Assembly: GCA_048939765.1 (NCBI GenBank)
Contig: JBHLPF010000049.1
Span: forward strand, 1-11,059
Direction: 5' to 3'
Length of the DNA: 11,059 bases
DNA from: Promethearchaeota archaeon
GTDB taxonomy: Archaea; Asgardarchaeota; Thorarchaeia; Thorarchaeales; Thorarchaeaceae
A program made the translations under genes and the position numbers. Below the pieces are notes generated by a model. It saw only the letters and a list, made by a program, of their open reading frames with translations, was not told the origin of the DNA and made no database searches. Of the stretch, positions 6,742-11,059 are shown one piece after another (the stretch's first letter is position 1; each line of letters opens with the position of its first letter).

Positions 6742-6753
6742 GAAACATTAAGA
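6742..6753 (+). promoter_or_regulatory. BRE/TATA-like box upstream of the DUF47-PiT pair
   Basis: GAAACATTAAGA resembles the boxes at 1247-1256 and 10654-10666 (minus). Confidence 0.35.
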
Positions 6754-6868
6754 AAGATTCAAGCGCAATGCCCATATTGCCTCGCCACAGTAAAAGAAAC
6801 AGAGAGGGATTTTTGAGTCCCTTTGGTCTCCCAAGATGGAGTGCATTATTCAAACTGAGTGGAAGAAA

Positions 6869-7531
6869 ATGGGAACGTTTTCGAAGATTTTTGGGCTTGG
6901 AGACAAGGACCTCCAAAAGCAGGCTGATGAGCTTCTCCTGAAACTAAGCAAAGCATTGCAATCGGCTAGTGCAAAACTGCATGTCTGTACAGATGACTGG
7001 GAAGACGGCAAGATGAAGCATCTTGACGAATTGCAGGATGAAATCATCACCCTTGAGAGAGAAGCAGACTCAGTCAAAGAGGAGTTGTATGAGAAAATAT
7101 TCTCTAAGCGAGCCTATCTCCCTCAGCAGACCCAGGAACGATATCAACTGGTCCAGCACATGGACAGCATAGTGGATGCCACCGAGGAGGCAGTCAGGAT
7201 GATGCTTGTAGGAAGAGACTACAAGCCACCTGAGGAGCTAGGAGATATTGCAGAAAAGAGCTGGATTTGTACAGACCTCCTTCAGGATGCAGTCAAATAT
7301 CTCTTCACAGATTTCAAGAAATCTGTTGAATACACTATGAAAATCGACAGAGTTAGGGAGGAGGCAAGAGACCTCCACTTCAGACTGCTCGAGAACCTGT
7401 TCAATGACAAGAAGTACACGGCAAAGGAAGTCAGCATGTTTCGCGCAGTATCAGAAAGACTGATTCTTGTAGCTGTTCGGTCCGAGAACACTGGCGATTT
7501 CATCCGCACGATAGTGCTGAAGTACTCATAA
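6869..7531 (+). CDS. DUF47 family (PhoU-like) phosphate transport regulator
   Basis: All-helical acidic protein with LEREADSVKEEL..KIF...YLP...ER..L...MD.IVD and a second repeat R.REEARDL...ENTGD. It lies directly upstream of a PiT gene, the typical DUF47 context. ATG 6869 (MGTFSKIFG) is preferred, with 6836 as an alternative. Confidence 0.88.
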   Translation: MGTFSKIFGLGDKDLQKQADELLLKLSKALQSASAKLHVCTDDWEDGKMKHLDELQDEIITLEREADSVKEELYEKIFSKRAYLPQQTQERYQLVQHMDSIVDATEEAVRMMLVGRDYKPPEELGDIAEKSWICTDLLQDAVKYLFTDFKKSVEYTMKIDRVREEARDLHFRLLENLFNDKKYTAKEVSMFRAVSERLILVAVRSENTGDFIRTIVLKYS

Positions 7532-7549
7532 CAAAGGAGACCCCAGGAA

Positions 7550-8578
7550 TTGGAACCAGTCCTACTAGGTGTATTGCTCATCATCAGCTTCCTTGTCGCT
7601 TTTGCCATTGGAAGTAATGACGAAGCAATGGCACCGGCTGTTGGGGCGAAAGTCTTCACAGTCAACATAGCTGTTGCCATTGGCGGCTTAATAACCATGT
7701 TAGGGGCAGTCACTATGGGCGGCAATGTTTCTGAGAAAGTTGGCTCTGACTTGGTCAGGGGCTTGACACTTTCCCCAGAGATGGTGTTTGCCATTCTGAT
7801 ATCAATGGCTATTTGGCTATTGATAGCATCCGCAACCAAAGGACTTCCGATTAGTACGACACAGTGTATAGTAGGGTCTGTGATTGGTGTAGCCATATTC
7901 GCGCCCGTAATGGGATATGTCGGATGGGGTGCTGAGGCGGTAGACTGGTTTGTTGTGCTGGAGGTATTTGCAGGATGGATAATCTCGCCAGTAATTGGCT
8001 TCTTCATCGCTGCAGCAGTCTTTGCGATGGTAAGACGCATCCAGAAAAGAGCAGAAGGACTATCTGACTTCGAGAAACAGGAGAGGATTGCTTCTTACGG
8101 TCTAGCGGCCTTTTTGATATGGACTGCCTTGAGTAGGGGAGGGAATGACGTAGCCAATGCTATAGCCCCTATTGTAGTGCTTCCCGATTTCCAAGGCACG
8201 GTCGAGTTTGGGATCATTATTCTACCCACGGTGTTGTTACCATTACTCATTGGCGGTTTTGGTATGGCGCTGGGACTGATCATAATTGGTAGAAAGGTGA
8301 TTAGAACACTTGCGACTGAAGTTGTGACTCTTTCTCCTTCTTCAGCACTCGCTGCGAGTATTTCTGTGGCATTGATAATGTTTGTAGGAACTCTTCTTGG
8401 ATTGCCTCTTAGTGGAACCCACGTCCTTGTTGCAGCGCTAATTGCGGTGGGGTGGGTGTCAGAAACGCCTGTTCAGATGAAACAAGTAAAGGACATTCTG
8501 ATATCGTGGATTATTACCGTACCAATCTCGGCAATTCTTGGAATGGTAGTGTTCGCAGTGATTCTTGGGTTCGTCTAG
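7550..8578 (+). CDS. PiT/PHO4 family inorganic phosphate (anion) transporter
   Basis: 342 aa hydrophobic protein with two inverted repeats: GSND / GLPISTTQ.IVG and GGNDVANAIAP / G..VIRTL / GLPLSGTH. TTG start with an AAGGAG SD upstream. Confidence 0.92.
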   Translation: MEPVLLGVLLIISFLVAFAIGSNDEAMAPAVGAKVFTVNIAVAIGGLITMLGAVTMGGNVSEKVGSDLVRGLTLSPEMVFAILISMAIWLLIASATKGLPISTTQCIVGSVIGVAIFAPVMGYVGWGAEAVDWFVVLEVFAGWIISPVIGFFIAAAVFAMVRRIQKRAEGLSDFEKQERIASYGLAAFLIWTALSRGGNDVANAIAPIVVLPDFQGTVEFGIIILPTVLLPLLIGGFGMALGLIIIGRKVIRTLATEVVTLSPSSALAASISVALIMFVGTLLGLPLSGTHVLVAALIAVGWVSETPVQMKQVKDILISWIITVPISAILGMVVFAVILGFV

Positions 8579-8584
8579 TTATCA

Positions 8585-9364
8585 TTACTCAATATCGGGG
8601 ATTCGATGAATGAGAATATGATTCCTTGCCAATTTGCCCAATTCACTGGCTTCGTCCTCCGATAGATGCACCCGTTTCTCGGAGTCTGGAGTATTCCTTC
8701 TTGTTGCCTCTATTATTGCCAAGTCAGCTTCACGGACAATATCTTCAGCACCTCTACACATTCGCGTATCGCCGGTGTATGCAATAGTCGTATCACCCAC
8801 ACGCACTCGATAACCTAGGGCGGGCATGAGCTTGTCTTCATCAGTTGTATTCTCCATTCCGAAATGCTCCACTTCAATTGCACTCACCTTGAAGAAGTCG
8901 GTATCAAATCCCGTCCCATGCGTCATCTCATGATACCAGAATTCGAATGGAAGAGATTCCTTGTAGGCGCTTCTGAAGCCTTTGATGCTTTCAATTGCCT
9001 CTATACAATCCTCAGGGAGAAGAATGTGCAACTTCTCAGACCTCTTCATCATCCGGAGGAAACCAAGCATGGAATGCAGTCCGCCCATATGATCAAAATG
9101 GCCATGCGTAATGGCTATCAAGTCTAAATCATGGACGAATTGGACACCATCACATTCCAACAGGTCACGCAGGGAACCATCACCGACATCAAGAAGCATC
9201 ATTCTTCCAGTGAACTTAGAAGTGATGATAATAGTGGTGCTTACACCAGCAGCACTGAACGGAACTCTGACTTTCACCTCATCATTCTCCCATGCAAATG
9301 GACCGGTCTCATTCATCTTCATCACGTCATTGGCTTGGGGGAAGAGCCGGAAAGGCTCCTCCAT
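8585..9364 (-). CDS. MBL-fold metallo-hydrolase, RNase Z/ElaC-like phosphodiesterase
   Basis: Motifs LLDVGDG, ITHGHFDHMGG (HxHxDH), VEH, ALGYRV, AYTGDT, DLAIIEAT, VHLS and LIH. Confidence 0.88.
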   Translation of the reverse strand: MEEPFRLFPQANDVMKMNETGPFAWENDEVKVRVPFSAAGVSTTIIITSKFTGRMMLLDVGDGSLRDLLECDGVQFVHDLDLIAITHGHFDHMGGLHSMLGFLRMMKRSEKLHILLPEDCIEAIESIKGFRSAYKESLPFEFWYHEMTHGTGFDTDFFKVSAIEVEHFGMENTTDEDKLMPALGYRVRVGDTTIAYTGDTRMCRGAEDIVREADLAIIEATRRNTPDSEKRVHLSEDEASELGKLARNHILIHRIPDIE

Positions 9365-9377
9365 CTAGGGTAAGCCC

Positions 9378-10601
9378 CTACTGGTCGTAGCCAAGTTTTG
9401 GTACCCTTGCTAAGAAGTTCATGAAATAGGCAACGACAACTGATACTACAAGACCTGCAGCGGCATATAGGAGGGAGTCCAACAGAGAAGGTGTTGCTCC
9501 ACTTAGAATCTGGAGCCAGCTCCAGTAGAATCCCGCAATAGTCATTCCAGAAAATGCTACTTTCATCAATGGAACCTTTACACTTCGCGTCTGGAAGATT
9601 CCCATATCAGTAAGTGCTGCAGCCAATGCACCGCCCTTAGCCGGCTTGAGCTTCAGTTTCTTTGAGAAGGCTCCAACTGTGACTTTGCTCTTTGGTCTTA
9701 CTACCTTCATCGCCTTTGGCGCATATTCTGCAATGTCTTGAGAGAAATACTGCACTGCTGATGGCTCATCAATGCCACACTTTGAACATTCAACAGCATC
9801 CTTCTTCCATTTCTTGCCGCAATTGGGACATCGTTTATGGTCCCAGGATTTTCCCGCTGCGTCGCTGACTCTGCGGACTAACTCATCCTTGCTGATTGTT
9901 TCGCCACCCTTCTTAGGTTTCCGTCGCAAGACTACTGCAGCAGGAAATATCCCGACATCTGAACCCCTCTCTGCTCCACGCATCTTCCGTGCAGCCATGA
10001 TTCCCTGCTGGAAATCATCAAGAGCCATTAGAAGTGAAAACACGGCCATCACTGTAAAGCCCACAGTAATCAGTCCAGTGACAGACATAATGGCGGCTAC
10101 GCCTGTAGCTCCAATTTGTAGTACAAAATCCTCAGGCAGGGTAATATTAGTCCCCGGGTCACTGAGCAAGGAGTAGATAAAGGCTACTTCACCGATAATA
10201 GTCCCAGTGATTAAGTCAATGCCTCCGAAACTAAGCATCGAGCCGAGGGGTATCGATTCATTGACTAGCTGTATAGGAACCCCTGTAGGAACAGTTGATC
10301 CAATTGGAAACTCCTGATTGATGAGCGGGAATCCCATGTATTGAATTACGAATCTCATGGCATGGATTGTGAGATTCTCAATTGCCTCAATGGTCAGCTC
10401 AAGCTCGAGGTCAGTAGTCAAGTTGTAGGTGATTGGAGCTGCAACATCAGATTCTGCAGCTGAAACCCCATTGACTTCTAAAAGGAATGTCAGAGCATCA
10501 TCTTCAGTCCAAGTCTGAGCGTGGACTGGGGATAGTGGATAGATGCATAGAATTCCAGCAATAAACACAATAAACGCAAGGTGTGGTAGCGTCTGCTTCA
10601 T
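9378..10601 (-). CDS. Hypothetical membrane protein: signal peptide, extracellular domain, TM, C4 zinc ribbon, basic helical domain, two C-terminal TMs
   Basis: 407-aa ORF with a GGAGG SD. N-terminal hydrophobic stretch ending VHA/Q, CPNC-x10-CSKC, and three further hydrophobic segments. The 13-nt gap to the MBL gene suggests an operon. Confidence 0.8.
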   Translation of the reverse strand: MKQTLPHLAFIVFIAGILCIYPLSPVHAQTWTEDDALTFLLEVNGVSAAESDVAAPITYNLTTDLELELTIEAIENLTIHAMRFVIQYMGFPLINQEFPIGSTVPTGVPIQLVNESIPLGSMLSFGGIDLITGTIIGEVAFIYSLLSDPGTNITLPEDFVLQIGATGVAAIMSVTGLITVGFTVMAVFSLLMALDDFQQGIMAARKMRGAERGSDVGIFPAAVVLRRKPKKGGETISKDELVRRVSDAAGKSWDHKRCPNCGKKWKKDAVECSKCGIDEPSAVQYFSQDIAEYAPKAMKVVRPKSKVTVGAFSKKLKLKPAKGGALAAALTDMGIFQTRSVKVPLMKVAFSGMTIAGFYWSWLQILSGATPSLLDSLLYAAAGLVVSVVVAYFMNFLARVPKLGYDQ

Positions 10602-10653
10602 TTCGAGTAAGCCTCCAATGGCAAGAGCATTGCACGTTGGAAGGTCTACATTG

Positions 10654-10666
10654 CTTTAATGGTTAT
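10654..10666 (-). promoter_or_regulatory. BRE/TATA-like box for the 407-aa gene
   Basis: Minus strand ATAACC-ATTAAAG about 55 nt upstream of ATG 10601. Confidence 0.4.
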
Positions 10667-10679
10667 CGAGTCTCTACTG

Positions 10680-11059
10680 CTATTGTCCACCCATTGCCTC
10701 TTTGAGTTGTCGGTCAAACTCCTCGTCATCTTCCTCAGGATCGAATGTGACATGGCGTTTAGGAAGCGGTTCTGCGAATGGCTCCCAGTGCAATGCTGCT
10801 CCAACTCCTATGCCTCCAAAAGTGGTCATTATACTCAACAGGAACATTAGACTCAGCCTGGCTGCTTCCTCATCTGGAGGAACATCTGGTCTGGCAACGA
10901 TTATGCCAGTGTTCTGTAGAATTAATGCTATGATAACCCCTCCAATTAGTCCACTAGCCAGAGTAATGAAGAATCGGTCTCTCCTACTCAAGGACTTGGA
11001 TGCACCCAAGATGTATCCCACGAGAAAACCCACCATAAGTCCTGGAAGACCTGCATATA
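10680..11059 (-). CDS. Small hypothetical membrane protein with acidic C-terminal tail, probably 5'-truncated by the window edge
   Basis: The frame is open upstream of ATG 11036 to the edge (YAGLPGL-MVGFLVG...). At least three TM segments and the tail DPEEDDEEFDRQLKEAMGGQ. Confidence 0.7.
   Translation of the reverse strand, partial: YAGLPGLMVGFLVGYILGASKSLSRRDRFFITLASGLIGGVIIALILQNTGIIVARPDVPPDEEAARLSLMFLLSIMTTFGGIGVGAALHWEPFAEPLPKRHVTFDPEEDDEEFDRQLKEAMGGQ

Noticed and set aside
4322-6780. Shared 10-mer GCAATATGGG at 4322-4331 and as reverse complement at 6771-6780, both near putative promoters
   Set aside because: A single 10-mer match among several hundred intergenic bases is roughly what chance predicts, and orientation and spacing relative to the TATA boxes differ.
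1211-10850. Remaining short overlapping ORFs in the track (e.g. 1211..1417, 1315..1581, 2833..3159, 3886..4278, 4195..4395, 6683..6916, 7282..8040, 9772..10176, 10659..10850)
   Set aside because: They overlap well-supported genes, mostly as antisense shadows, and show no recognisable motifs.

Overview
Gene-dense archaeal chromosomal window. GGTGA/GAGGTGA-type Shine-Dalgarno motifs, BRE/TATA-like boxes and the gene content suggest an Asgard archaeon such as Thorarchaeia, but this is an inference. In order, it contains: a GlcD/D-lactate dehydrogenase-family FAD oxidoreductase that runs off the left edge (minus strand, missed by the ORF track); two tandem ArsB/NhaD-type (P-protein-like) permease paralogs; a Regnase-1/Zc3h12a-like NYN ribonuclease with an N-terminal C2HC zinc finger; a short 595-aa alanyl-tRNA synthetase; a DUF47 + PiT phosphate-transport pair; and, on the minus strand, an RNase Z-like metallo-beta-lactamase, a 407-aa membrane protein with a zinc ribbon, and a 5'-truncated small membrane protein. 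No mobile element, CRISPR array, rRNA or tRNA was found. The most striking unexplained signal is a 61-nt GC-rich in-register hairpin at 4234-4294. It has 25 of 28 positions paired, including 7 same-polarity G.U wobbles, so it folds only on the minus strand. It is bracketed by a symmetric TATA-like box and a pyrimidine tract and lies divergent from the Regnase-like nuclease, making it a candidate novel small RNA/nuclease module. The neighbouring AlaRS also lacks the conserved Asp used for G3.U70 recognition.
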